Below, in pieces: positions 10,774-19,685 of a stretch of 64,000 nucleotides of DNA. The stretch is taken from positions 13,983 to 77,982 of the forward strand of contig VEOY01000089.1 in assembly GCA_012026685.1 (NCBI GenBank). The letters run 5' to 3'. How positions within the stretch are numbered: the stretch's first letter is position 1; every line of letters begins with the position of its first letter. The notes under the pieces were generated by a model that saw nothing but the letters and a program-made list of their open reading frames with translations, had not been told where the DNA came from and did no database searches. Both the position numbers and the translations under genes were made by a program. The DNA is from Nitrospirota bacterium (lineage in GTDB: Bacteria; Nitrospirota; Thermodesulfovibrionia; Thermodesulfovibrionales; UBA6898).

Positions 10774-12099
10774 CTACCTGGCCCGTCTGCGGTCCATGAT
10801 GTAGATGCTCTTGGCAAATGACTTCGCATACTGCTTCAGCTCCGCCACTTTCTGGGATATCTCTTTGGGGTCACGCACGAGGGTCCTGTCGGTATTGACC
10901 ACTGCCAGGGATATGGTCATGATGCCGAACATGGCGGGTTTGTCGTTCCGGTCAATGGAGATGATAAACCCTTTCTTCGCATCTTCGGGATCATAATGGG
11001 CCGGGATCCCCCTGTCGAATTCCTCGATGATCCTGCTGCACAGTGTCTGGATCCTGTCGGGTGAACAGATCAGGACAAAATCGTCACCGCCTATGTGCCC
11101 CAGAAAATCTTCCGGCTCCCCGTATTCTTTCTTGATATTGACCAGCAGCTCGGAGAGCCACTTGATGAGGTCGCTCCCCCGCGCATAACTGTAACGGTCA
11201 TTATATGCCTTGAAGTTGTCAAGGTCGATCAGGCAGAACGAGAACCGCTGGGTCTCGTTGAGCCGCACCAGGAGCTCTTTTTCTATGGCAAGGTTGCCCG
11301 GCAGCTTGGTCAGCGGATTGGCATCGAGGTTTATCTCTTCAAGTTCCTTCAGCCGGGAGGACATTTCACGGAAAGATATGGCCAGGTCCGCGAGTTCGTC
11401 TGCCCCCTTGATCTCGGGCATGCTGTCGAAATCACCGCTCCGGATCATGTTCGTCGCCTCTTTGAGCTGTTCTATCGCGGCATTGAGATGGTTCGTAAGC
11501 AAAGAAGCAAAGAGCAGGCCGAAGGCAAAGGACGTGGCGCTCAGGATGATCGTTATGAGCAGGGCCCGTTCGCTCAGGGAATTCGATTCGCTGATGAATA
11601 TGTTCTGCTGCGATTTGATCTGATGGTCAACATCTTTCAGCCCGAGAAGTATTTTTTCGAATACGGTCTTCATGTCCCCGGCCGATACTTCTTCAGCCTC
11701 CCGAACTTTATTTTCCTTTATCAGCTGTGCTTCGCGGGTAAAGTGGGCATCATATCTGTCATGCTGGGAAAGGACGGAGGCTATGAGCGGGCTTATATAG
11801 GTTTCGGTCTTGCCGAGCTCCGTGAGCATTTCCCCGAACTCCTTGCTCCGCATCCAGAAAAGGTTCTCCGCATCCCGCTGCTTGAGCATGAGAAATCGCT
11901 TTTCATACAGGTCCTGGGCAAGAATGTTGTCATTGAGTTTGGTCAGCCGACCGCTGGTCGCGATAGAATTGAAGACCGCATTCTGCGTGATCGTGGTCAG
12001 TTCTTTCAGGCTGAATATGGCATAGAACCCCACCAGAAGCGTAAAGGATATCATGACGATATAGCCGAGGAAGATCTTCTGCCGCAGCGTGAAGCTCAA
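10774..12099 (-). CDS. membrane sensor protein with HAMP and GGDEF-like domain (variant GGDDF motif)
   Basis: N-terminal TM, a second TM followed by a HAMP-like segment, then NPLTKLPGN...FKAYNDRYSYARGSD...GHIGGDDFV. Confidence 0.7.
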   Translation of the reverse strand: MSFTLRQKIFLGYIVMISFTLLVGFYAIFSLKELTTITQNAVFNSIATSGRLTKLNDNILAQDLYEKRFLMLKQRDAENLFWMRSKEFGEMLTELGKTETYISPLIASVLSQHDRYDAHFTREAQLIKENKVREAEEVSAGDMKTVFEKILLGLKDVDHQIKSQQNIFISESNSLSERALLITIILSATSFAFGLLFASLLTNHLNAAIEQLKEATNMIRSGDFDSMPEIKGADELADLAISFREMSSRLKELEEINLDANPLTKLPGNLAIEKELLVRLNETQRFSFCLIDLDNFKAYNDRYSYARGSDLIKWLSELLVNIKKEYGEPEDFLGHIGGDDFVLICSPDRIQTLCSRIIEEFDRGIPAHYDPEDAKKGFIISIDRNDKPAMFGIMTISLAVVNTDRTLVRDPKEISQKVAELKQYAKSFAKSIYIMDRRRAR

Positions 12100-12196
12100 T
12101 GAGATACTCCGGTCATGTTGCCCGGCCCTGAATTATGCATCATGCATTCCCCTCATAAGAGATCTTTGCCGTTTCCCTCGCTGGGTATTGGGAATA

Positions 12197-12934
12197 TTAT
12201 GATCCCGCTCCGCAGACAGGACAGAGGGGGTCTTTGAACCCCTTAAAGGTCCTGAAGGTCATATCATTTCCTGACCAGACAAGGAGCTTTCCTTTCAGCG
12301 GTTTGCCCACCCCAGCAAGAAACTTGATTGCCTCCATGGCCTGAAGCGTTCCGATGACACCCGGTGTTGCCCCCAGTACCGGAAACACCTCCTTGGGAGG
12401 AGATTCCGGAAAGTAACACCTGAGACAGGGTGTTTCGGGTGACTGTATGAAGGTGAGCCGGCCGTCAAGACCCCAGATACTTCCGTGCACCATGGGTATC
12501 TTTTTCCGTATTGCGCATTCATTCAGCAGGTAACGTGTCGGGAAATTGTCCATGCAGTCGAGAATAAGGACGGAGTCGCCTACCAGCTCATCGACATTCT
12601 CTGCCACGATCTTATCGGTAAACGCAATGACCGTTATGTCAGGGTTCAGTTCTTCAAGCGTCTGCTTTGCCGATACGGCCTTATTGACCCCTATCCTGCC
12701 GTGGTTATGCAGTATCTGCCGGTTGAGGTTCGACCAGTCGGGCGAATCAAAATCACAAACGCGTATGTTGCCGACCCCGGCTACTGCAAGATAGATAGAA
12801 ACCGGTGATCCGAGGCCTCCTGCGCCTGCTATGAATACGGTCGAGTCCTTGATCTTCTGCTGGGTCTCTTCGCCCCAGCCTTCCATCATCATCTGGCGGG
12901 TGTATCTTTTCAGTTCTTCTTCGGTAAACGCCAT
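12197..12934 (-). CDS. ThiF/MoeB/HesA family adenylyltransferase
   Basis: YTRQ...GAGGLGSP nucleotide-binding motif, and two CxxC pairs (CLRC, CPVC). The ATG at 12934 has a GGGAGG 6 nt upstream. The listed ORF start at 12967 is less likely. Confidence 0.8.
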   Translation of the reverse strand: MAFTEEELKRYTRQMMMEGWGEETQQKIKDSTVFIAGAGGLGSPVSIYLAVAGVGNIRVCDFDSPDWSNLNRQILHNHGRIGVNKAVSAKQTLEELNPDITVIAFTDKIVAENVDELVGDSVLILDCMDNFPTRYLLNECAIRKKIPMVHGSIWGLDGRLTFIQSPETPCLRCYFPESPPKEVFPVLGATPGVIGTLQAMEAIKFLAGVGKPLKGKLLVWSGNDMTFRTFKGFKDPLCPVCGAGS

Positions 12935-13009
12935 GCCGGTCCTCCCTCTGTTCATGCACGTAAACATGCTATTATGTACAAGGACGGTAATGCGTGAAAA
13001 GTATAGCAG

Positions 13010-15676
13010 ATGTCCGAAAAACCTTCAATCATGCCGGGGTCTGTGAACAATAGCGTCATAGAGCGTTTTTTATCTGCTGCCGGGACATTTCCGGACAATA
13101 TCTCATTCTCCTGGTTCAGGGACGGCTGGAGAAATCTCACCTACCGTCAGGTCTCCAACGATGTCACGGCCATTGCCTCTTTTCTCGTTCAGGCCGGCAT
13201 CCGAAAGACAGACCGGATCGCTATCATCTCGGAGAACCGGCCTGAATGGTGCTCTGCTTATCTTGCGACACTCCGGGCAGGAGGCATTTCCGTGCCCATT
13301 GACGCACAATTGAGCAGCACCGAGGTGCAAAACCTCCTCCTGGCCGCTGACGTCAGCGCTGTCTTCCATAGCAGCACAACGGCCGGTCAGCTGTCTGCTT
13401 TCTTACGGGCAGAAAGTACCGGACCCCCTGTCATGTTCATTGATTTTGACAGCCCGGGATTCGATGCCATACAACATTCTGCGTCTGCGGCCTCCTTCCC
13501 CGTATGCAGCCCCGAAGATACCGCATCGATCATCTATACCTCCGGCACAACGGGAAACCCAAAGGGAGTGATGCTCTCACATAAGAACTTCTGCGCTGAT
13601 GCCGATGCTGCAATTCAGGCCGGGATCGTTTCCCATGAAGATACGGTCCTCGCCATACTGCCCCTGCACCATACCTATGCCTTCATGTGCACGTTCCTGG
13701 TGCCTCTTTTCCTCGGGGGGAGCGTCACCTTTCCAAAGAGCATGAAAGGCCCTGACGTGGTTGCGGCAATCCAGGAGACCGGGGTCAGCGTGCTGGTGGG
13801 GGTCCCTCAACTCCTGGGATTGCTGAAAAACAGCATCCTTTCAAAAATGCAGGCTCAACCAAAGCCCCTGCCGTTTCTTTCCGGCCTGCTTCTGCGCCTC
13901 TCCGGCTTCATGAGGAGGAAATTCGACATCCCGATCGGAAAGCTGGTCTTCGGTCCCGTGCATGGCGCTTTTGGCCCACGCTTCCGGTTCTTTACCAGCG
14001 GCGGCGCCCGCCTCGACCCCTCAATAATGACGGATATGGAAGCCCTCGGCTTTACGGTCCTCGAGGGCTATGGTCTTACGGAGACGTCGCCGATCGTCAC
14101 ATTCAATCCGGTCAATAAGCGGAAGCCCGGCTCAGCCGGAAAGCCGCTCCCTTCGGTCAGCATACGTATCATGGAACCTTCCGGGACCGGTGAAGGAGAG
14201 ATAGAGATCCAGGGCCCCATGGTCATGCAAGGATACTATAAGAATCCTTCTGCGACCAATGAGGTGCTGAGAGACGGCTGGTTCAGGACCGGCGATATCG
14301 GCAGGATGGACCGGGACGGCTACCTTTTTATCACCGGCCGGTCAAAGGAGGTGATCGTCCTCAGCTCCGGCAAGAATATCTATCCCGAGGATGTTGAGAA
14401 GAAGTATCTCGGCGTTAAACTGATCCGGGAGATCTGCATTACCGGAGTAGAACATCAGGGTACCACGGATGCGCTGCACGCGGTGATCGTCCCGGATTTT
14501 GAATATGCGAAACAGTCCGGCATCGCTAATCTTCATGAGGCGATAAAGTGGGAGATCAACACCCTGTCCTCAGAGCTCCCGTCATATATGCGGGTAAAGG
14601 GGTTCTCGCTCCGGAAAGAACCGCTGCCCCGGACCCCTCTCGGAAAATTGCGGCGCTTCCTGATCAGACCGGAACCGCCGCAGGAGGCGAAGCCTCCCGC
14701 AGCAAAGGAGGAGCCTTCCGATCTTCTTGAACGAAGTATCATCGCTGCGATCAGGGAAGTCACCGGCAACGAACAGAAGATCACCGGTGCGGACAACCTT
14801 GAACTGGACCTCGGACTGGACTCCCTCTCGAAGATAGAGCTCGTTGTGGCACTTGAACGAACTTTTTCTCTGAAGCTGCCTGAAACCTTCATGTCCGATA
14901 TCCACACCGTTTACGAGCTGTCCGAAAAGATACGCCTTTCCGCGTCCGGCCGGCAGGTCAAAGAGGTCCAAAGGAGCGGCTGGAGAGAGATCATTGCAGA
15001 GGAACCGCAGGAAGCGATCATGCTGGAACCGCCCGGCTCCCTGATGCTTTGCTCACGGATAGCCCATATGGCACTGAAGGCAATCATGAAGATGCTCTTT
15101 CGCATAGAGACAATGGGCGAGGAGAACATCCCGCCGACAGACCGCGTTATCATCGCGCCGAATCATGCCAGCTACCTTGACGGCTTCGTTGTCGTGCTGT
15201 CTCTTCCGTTTGCACGTTTCCGGAACATGTACCTGCTGGGCATAAGCGATTTTTTTACCGGGTTCCTGAAGAGCCGTTTTGCAAAAATAGCCCACGTAAT
15301 TCCTATCGATTCCTCATCCTATCTGAACCGGGCGCTCCAGACCTCGGCATACGTGCTGCGCCGCGGCTGTTCTCTCTGTGTCTTCCCCGAAGGCGGCCGT
15401 TCTGCGGACGGCGCTCTCCTCGAGTTCAAAAAAGGGGTGGGCATTCTGGCGGTCGAGATGGGGGTTCCTGTTATCCCTGCATATATCAAGGGCGCATTTG
15501 AGGCATTGCCGCGGAGTGCATCGTGGCCGAAACCGGTAAAGATCACGATAACCTTTGGAGCCCCGCTTTCTGCGGCAGATCTCGATCCCGCCCGGAAGCC
15601 CGCGTCCATGGATGACTATGAGTATTTTGCTTCGGTCCTGCAGGAAAAGGTCAGGGAGTTGTCACGGTCGGCGTGA
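13010..15676 (+). CDS. tri-domain fusion: acyl-CoA/acyl-ACP synthetase (AMP-binding), carrier-protein domain, and PlsC-type acyltransferase
   Basis: 888 aa. AMP-binding motif YTSGTTGNPKGV and TGD..GYLFITGRSKE. Phosphopantetheine site LGLDSL. Acyltransferase motifs NHASYLD (HX4D) and FPEGGRS. Confidence 0.8.
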   Translation: MSEKPSIMPGSVNNSVIERFLSAAGTFPDNISFSWFRDGWRNLTYRQVSNDVTAIASFLVQAGIRKTDRIAIISENRPEWCSAYLATLRAGGISVPIDAQLSSTEVQNLLLAADVSAVFHSSTTAGQLSAFLRAESTGPPVMFIDFDSPGFDAIQHSASAASFPVCSPEDTASIIYTSGTTGNPKGVMLSHKNFCADADAAIQAGIVSHEDTVLAILPLHHTYAFMCTFLVPLFLGGSVTFPKSMKGPDVVAAIQETGVSVLVGVPQLLGLLKNSILSKMQAQPKPLPFLSGLLLRLSGFMRRKFDIPIGKLVFGPVHGAFGPRFRFFTSGGARLDPSIMTDMEALGFTVLEGYGLTETSPIVTFNPVNKRKPGSAGKPLPSVSIRIMEPSGTGEGEIEIQGPMVMQGYYKNPSATNEVLRDGWFRTGDIGRMDRDGYLFITGRSKEVIVLSSGKNIYPEDVEKKYLGVKLIREICITGVEHQGTTDALHAVIVPDFEYAKQSGIANLHEAIKWEINTLSSELPSYMRVKGFSLRKEPLPRTPLGKLRRFLIRPEPPQEAKPPAAKEEPSDLLERSIIAAIREVTGNEQKITGADNLELDLGLDSLSKIELVVALERTFSLKLPETFMSDIHTVYELSEKIRLSASGRQVKEVQRSGWREIIAEEPQEAIMLEPPGSLMLCSRIAHMALKAIMKMLFRIETMGEENIPPTDRVIIAPNHASYLDGFVVVLSLPFARFRNMYLLGISDFFTGFLKSRFAKIAHVIPIDSSSYLNRALQTSAYVLRRGCSLCVFPEGGRSADGALLEFKKGVGILAVEMGVPVIPAYIKGAFEALPRSASWPKPVKITITFGAPLSAADLDPARKPASMDDYEYFASVLQEKVRELSRSA

Positions 15677-16345
15677 TGCGGTCAATTTGAGAAGCTGTTC
15701 TTTAGCCTTTTCTTTTACGTACGTCAGTCCCTTTGTGCGCAGGAGATGCAGAACGCGTTCTGATGCAAGGTCCTTCAGGAAGCGTTCTCTTTTTTTTCTG
15801 TCGCAGACAGTCACAAGGGCCTCTTTCCTCAGTTTGCCCATATATTCCAGATAGGCACCCAGTGCAGGTCCATATGTCTTTTCCAGTTCCCTGCGGAGAG
15901 TCCGTGCAAAGGCGGGGCTTTTCCCGGCAGTCGATATCGCCACGGTCAGCGGTCCCCTCTGCACGACTGACGGCGCAATGAAGGTGCATTCATCCGGGAC
16001 ATCTACCACATTGACAAGAGACGGGGCTTCGCGAGCGACCTTGCTGTTCACGGCAGGAGTATCCGTTGCGGCAATGACCAGAAAGCTGTCCTTGAGGTCA
16101 CCTTTCCGGTACCGGCGTGCAATATGCCGTAGGGTATTCTTCTTTTTTTCCCGCAACAGCCGCGTGGTAAGCGTAGGGCTGATGACCGTAACCCTGGCTC
16201 CGCTCCGGATCAGAGTGATGGCCTTTCTCTCGGCGATTGTGCCGCCCCCTACGATAACAGCCTTTTTCCCGGAGACATTAAGAAAAGCAGGATAATAGTT
16301 CACGGAATGCCGGGGAGCTACTTCTTTTCGTCCTTCTTTGACCAT
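15662..16345 (-). CDS. precorrin-2 dehydrogenase / sirohydrochlorin ferrochelatase (siroheme synthase N-terminal type)
   Basis: YPAFLNVSGKKAVIVGGGTIAERK Rossmann opening typical of CysG-N/SirC/Met8. A GTG at 16303 is an alternative start that avoids overlapping bamD. Confidence 0.75.
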   Translation of the reverse strand: MVKEGRKEVAPRHSVNYYPAFLNVSGKKAVIVGGGTIAERKAITLIRSGARVTVISPTLTTRLLREKKKNTLRHIARRYRKGDLKDSFLVIAATDTPAVNSKVAREAPSLVNVVDVPDECTFIAPSVVQRGPLTVAISTAGKSPAFARTLRRELEKTYGPALGAYLEYMGKLRKEALVTVCDRKKRERFLKDLASERVLHLLRTKGLTYVKEKAKEQLLKLTASRRP

Positions 16346-17103
16346 GCCGCAAGCTCTTTCGTGGCCTCTTTTGCGAGTGAGCTGTTCGGATATTTCTGAA
16401 CAAGACGGTTCAGTGCGGATTCGGCCTTTTCCCTCTGGCCGCTCTTCTTATACGCAATGCCGAGACTGAGCAGCACCTTGTCCTCTTTCTTGTAATCGGG
16501 AAAGTGTTTGAGCAGGCCCTCAAGCCGTTCTATGGTCGCCGCATAGGCGCCCTTCTTCAGATAGAATTCACCGACAAGGTATTCATAGTCCGCCATGACC
16601 GTCCTGCACTTTTCGATGCGGATTTCGATCAACTCCTTGTAGGGATTTCTTGGATAGTCCTTTTTCAGCTTTTCGAACTCAACAAGGGCCCTCGCTGCTC
16701 CGCCATACCCGCGCTCCGGACTTTCGATCTGATTAAAATACACCATCGCGATCTGATACTGGGCATAGGAAGCATGCTGATGGTCAGGATATATCTCAAG
16801 GAACTTGCGGTATTCGGCAACAGCAAGGTCGGGTTCTTCTTCTTTTACAAACGTGTCTGCTATCCGGAGCTGGGCTATCGGGGCATATTTCTTGGTAAGG
16901 TCCCTGTTCTTCACTTCAAGGAGAAGGGCGCGCGCCTCCTCGTAATTCTTGCTCTCTATGAGCTTGTTCGCCTTTTCAAACGACCTCTCGGCATTGAATT
17001 CGTCTGTCCCGGACTGTTTTACGGAGGATTTTCCGGAACAGGACAGAAGGACAGCTGCGGTCAGGAAAAGAATTAAAAGCCTCGTTATATTTATGGATTT
17101 CAT
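16318..17103 (-). CDS. bamD: outer membrane protein assembly factor BamD (TPR lipoprotein)
   Basis: Signal peptide with lipobox (LLSCSG), followed by TPR-like repeats. Start taken at the ATG at 17103 (MKSINITRLL). Confidence 0.75.
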   Translation of the reverse strand: MKSINITRLLILFLTAAVLLSCSGKSSVKQSGTDEFNAERSFEKANKLIESKNYEEARALLLEVKNRDLTKKYAPIAQLRIADTFVKEEEPDLAVAEYRKFLEIYPDHQHASYAQYQIAMVYFNQIESPERGYGGAARALVEFEKLKKDYPRNPYKELIEIRIEKCRTVMADYEYLVGEFYLKKGAYAATIERLEGLLKHFPDYKKEDKVLLSLGIAYKKSGQREKAESALNRLVQKYPNSSLAKEATKELAAWSKKDEKK

Positions 17104-17165
17104 CCTGTTATTAAAGCCGTAACGAACAGGTGAAGTCAAGCACCGAAACGACCCGTCCGCCGCGG

Positions 17166-19685
17166 ATGAATCATCCCCCGTTCCTTGCCAAAGCCTCCTG
17201 GCGAGTGCTATCTTTATGCATGAATCTCTTGCATTTTCAGAAACCGAGCAGATATATCAACCACGAGTTCAACGCGCTGCATAAAAAAGCCCCGGTTTCT
17301 GTTGCCCTTGCGTTTCCTGACATCTACGACGTGGGAATGTCACATCTCGGCCTCAAGATCCTGTATAAGATCATCAATGATCTTCCGTTTGCGGTCGCAG
17401 AACGTGTTTTTTCCCCCTGGCCTGACCTTGAAGCCGCGCTGCGGGAACAGGGTGAGCTGCTCTCGTCCCTGGAATCACGGACGCCTCTGCGCATGTTCGA
17501 TGCCGTGGGATTCAGTCTCCAGTATGAACTTTCCTATCCTTCGGTGCTGAACATGCTTGCCCTCGGCGGGATCCCCCTGAGAACAAACGAACGTCTTGAA
17601 CGGGAAGGGATGCCGCTTATCGTGGCAGGCGGTCCCTGCACGGTGAACCCCCTTCCCATGGCGCCGTTTATTGATGCGTTCCTCATTGGCGACGGGGAGG
17701 ATGCCGTTCCGGAGGTCCTTTCGGTCCTCCACCGCTGGAAGGAGGACGGGTCGAAAGACCGGATCGCGCTCCTGAAAGCTCTTTCCGGGATAGAAGGCTT
17801 GCATGTACCCTTCCTCGGAAAAGACTCCGTAACCAGGCGGCGTTTCATCGAATCGCTTGACAGCGCACCTTTTCCTGAAGGCCCGGTTGTACCGTTCACC
17901 GGGATCGTGCATGACAGAGTGAATATTGAGATCTCACGGGGCTGCACCATGGGGTGCCGGTTCTGTCAGGCAGGGATGATCTACCGTCCTGTGCGCGAAC
18001 GCTCGCCGGAAACGGTCATGAAGATCGCAGAGAAAAGCCTCCGCTCCACAGGATACGACACCGTCTCGTTCACCTCGCTCAGTTCCGGTGATTATGGATG
18101 CCTGAATTATCTGATGGGTGAGTTCAACAGGAAGTTCTCTGACAGGCGGATATCTCTCTCCCTTCCATCCCTCCGCGTCGGCTCGGTGAATGAAGGGATG
18201 CTCAGAGAGCTCAGGGCTGTCAGAAAATCAGGGTTTACGATCGCGCCTGAGGCCGGAACAGACAGGCTGCGCGCTGTCATCAACAAAGGCTTCACAGCCG
18301 AGATGTATTCCCACGCGCTCGAAACGCTTTTCAGGGCCGGTTGGCAGAACCTCAAGCTCTATTTCATGATCGGCCTGCCTACGGAAACCGATGAGGACAT
18401 TTCCGCAATCTCCGAGATGGTCCTCCTGGCTATCAGAACGTCCAAGAAGCTTACCGGCAGGAATGTGGCCCTGAGCGTCGGTGTTTCCCCTTTTGTGCCG
18501 AAAACGCATACGCCCTTCCAGTGGTACGGCCAGAACAATATTGAAACCATCATGGAAAAGAACCGGCAGGTCAAGGCTTCTCTCCTGAGAAGAGGGGTTC
18601 AGTTCAGGGGACACGATCCCGAGATGTCCGTTCTTGAGGCTGCTATTTCGCGCGGAGATGAAAGCCTTTCTTTCCTCATTGAAACTGCATGGAAACTCGG
18701 CTGCAGGCTCGATGCATGGAAAGAGTACTTTGATCCGGCGAAATGGTATCAGGCCATGGAGGTCACCGGGATCAGCGCATCGTCCTTTGCAGAGCGGGAA
18801 TACGCACCTGATGCCCGTCTTCCCTGGGAACATATTGACACCGGCATTTCAAGAGAATTTCTCTGGAAAGAATACCAGAACGCTCTCTCTGCCACATTCA
18901 CTCACGACTGCAGAACAGGGTGCCATGCCTGCGGCCTGACGTGCAGGCCCCGGGGTCCGCAGAACACGGCTGCCATACCGCGCACTGCTGCAGGACCTTC
19001 TGCCGAAGGCGCAATCCCTGCTGAAGGTATGTCCATAAAGGTCAGGCTCCGGTATGCCAAAACGCAGACCGTACGTTATCTCTCCCATCTCGAAACAACG
19101 ACAGCTCTCATACGCGCGATGAGACGGGCCTCATTCCCGTTCAAATTCACTGAGGGATTTCATCCGGGTCCCAAGGTCTCCTTCGGGCCCGCCCTCGGCG
19201 TGGGCACTGCGGGGCTGAAGGAATATCTTGATATCGAGCTTATTCCCCCTTTTGATCTGCAGGCCGGTCTCGCGTCCTTGCAGGAGAATCTTCCCGGCGG
19301 GCTCAGGGCAACAGAGCTGAAGGCGATCGGGAAGGGCGAAAAATCCCTGACCGCTTTTGTAGTAAGATATACCTACGAGATCTCCGGTGAACGGGATCTG
19401 TCCCTTGACGCCTGGCTCGGAAACAAGGATAGGATGGTTGAGAGAAAACACGGCTCTTACCGCGTGAGCGATATGGTAGAAGATGTTCAAAATACCGGTA
19501 ATGCCACTTTCGTCCTTACGGTCAAAGACCTCGGCGAGATAAAAGTACGGCTCGACGAACTTCTCCCGCTTGTTTTTGGCCGGCCTGCCGATGCCCTCGG
19601 GATAACACGGCAGTCGATGTATGGCTGGGACGGCAGATGGCAGGAACCTTTGGAGGATGCGATCGCATGGGCAGCGAGATCCTGA
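17166..19685 (+). CDS. radical SAM protein (B12-binding-like N-domain, TIGR03960-like) fused to a DUF2344/TIGR03936-like C-terminal domain
   Basis: KPSRYINHEFN opening and radical SAM motif CTMGCRFCQAG. The C-terminal ~230 aa (VRLRYAKTQTVRYLSHLE...) resembles the protein usually encoded separately beside it. The start is ambiguous among 17130 (GTG), 17166 and 17220. Confidence 0.75.
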   Translation: MNHPPFLAKASWRVLSLCMNLLHFQKPSRYINHEFNALHKKAPVSVALAFPDIYDVGMSHLGLKILYKIINDLPFAVAERVFSPWPDLEAALREQGELLSSLESRTPLRMFDAVGFSLQYELSYPSVLNMLALGGIPLRTNERLEREGMPLIVAGGPCTVNPLPMAPFIDAFLIGDGEDAVPEVLSVLHRWKEDGSKDRIALLKALSGIEGLHVPFLGKDSVTRRRFIESLDSAPFPEGPVVPFTGIVHDRVNIEISRGCTMGCRFCQAGMIYRPVRERSPETVMKIAEKSLRSTGYDTVSFTSLSSGDYGCLNYLMGEFNRKFSDRRISLSLPSLRVGSVNEGMLRELRAVRKSGFTIAPEAGTDRLRAVINKGFTAEMYSHALETLFRAGWQNLKLYFMIGLPTETDEDISAISEMVLLAIRTSKKLTGRNVALSVGVSPFVPKTHTPFQWYGQNNIETIMEKNRQVKASLLRRGVQFRGHDPEMSVLEAAISRGDESLSFLIETAWKLGCRLDAWKEYFDPAKWYQAMEVTGISASSFAEREYAPDARLPWEHIDTGISREFLWKEYQNALSATFTHDCRTGCHACGLTCRPRGPQNTAAIPRTAAGPSAEGAIPAEGMSIKVRLRYAKTQTVRYLSHLETTTALIRAMRRASFPFKFTEGFHPGPKVSFGPALGVGTAGLKEYLDIELIPPFDLQAGLASLQENLPGGLRATELKAIGKGEKSLTAFVVRYTYEISGERDLSLDAWLGNKDRMVERKHGSYRVSDMVEDVQNTGNATFVLTVKDLGEIKVRLDELLPLVFGRPADALGITRQSMYGWDGRWQEPLEDAIAWAARS

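Noticed and set aside
10630-10806. A 58-codon plus-strand ORF in the spacer between the malic enzyme and the GGDDF gene.
   Set aside because: It has no ribosome-binding site, a Arg/Pro-rich composition, and runs into the 3' end of the minus-strand gene.
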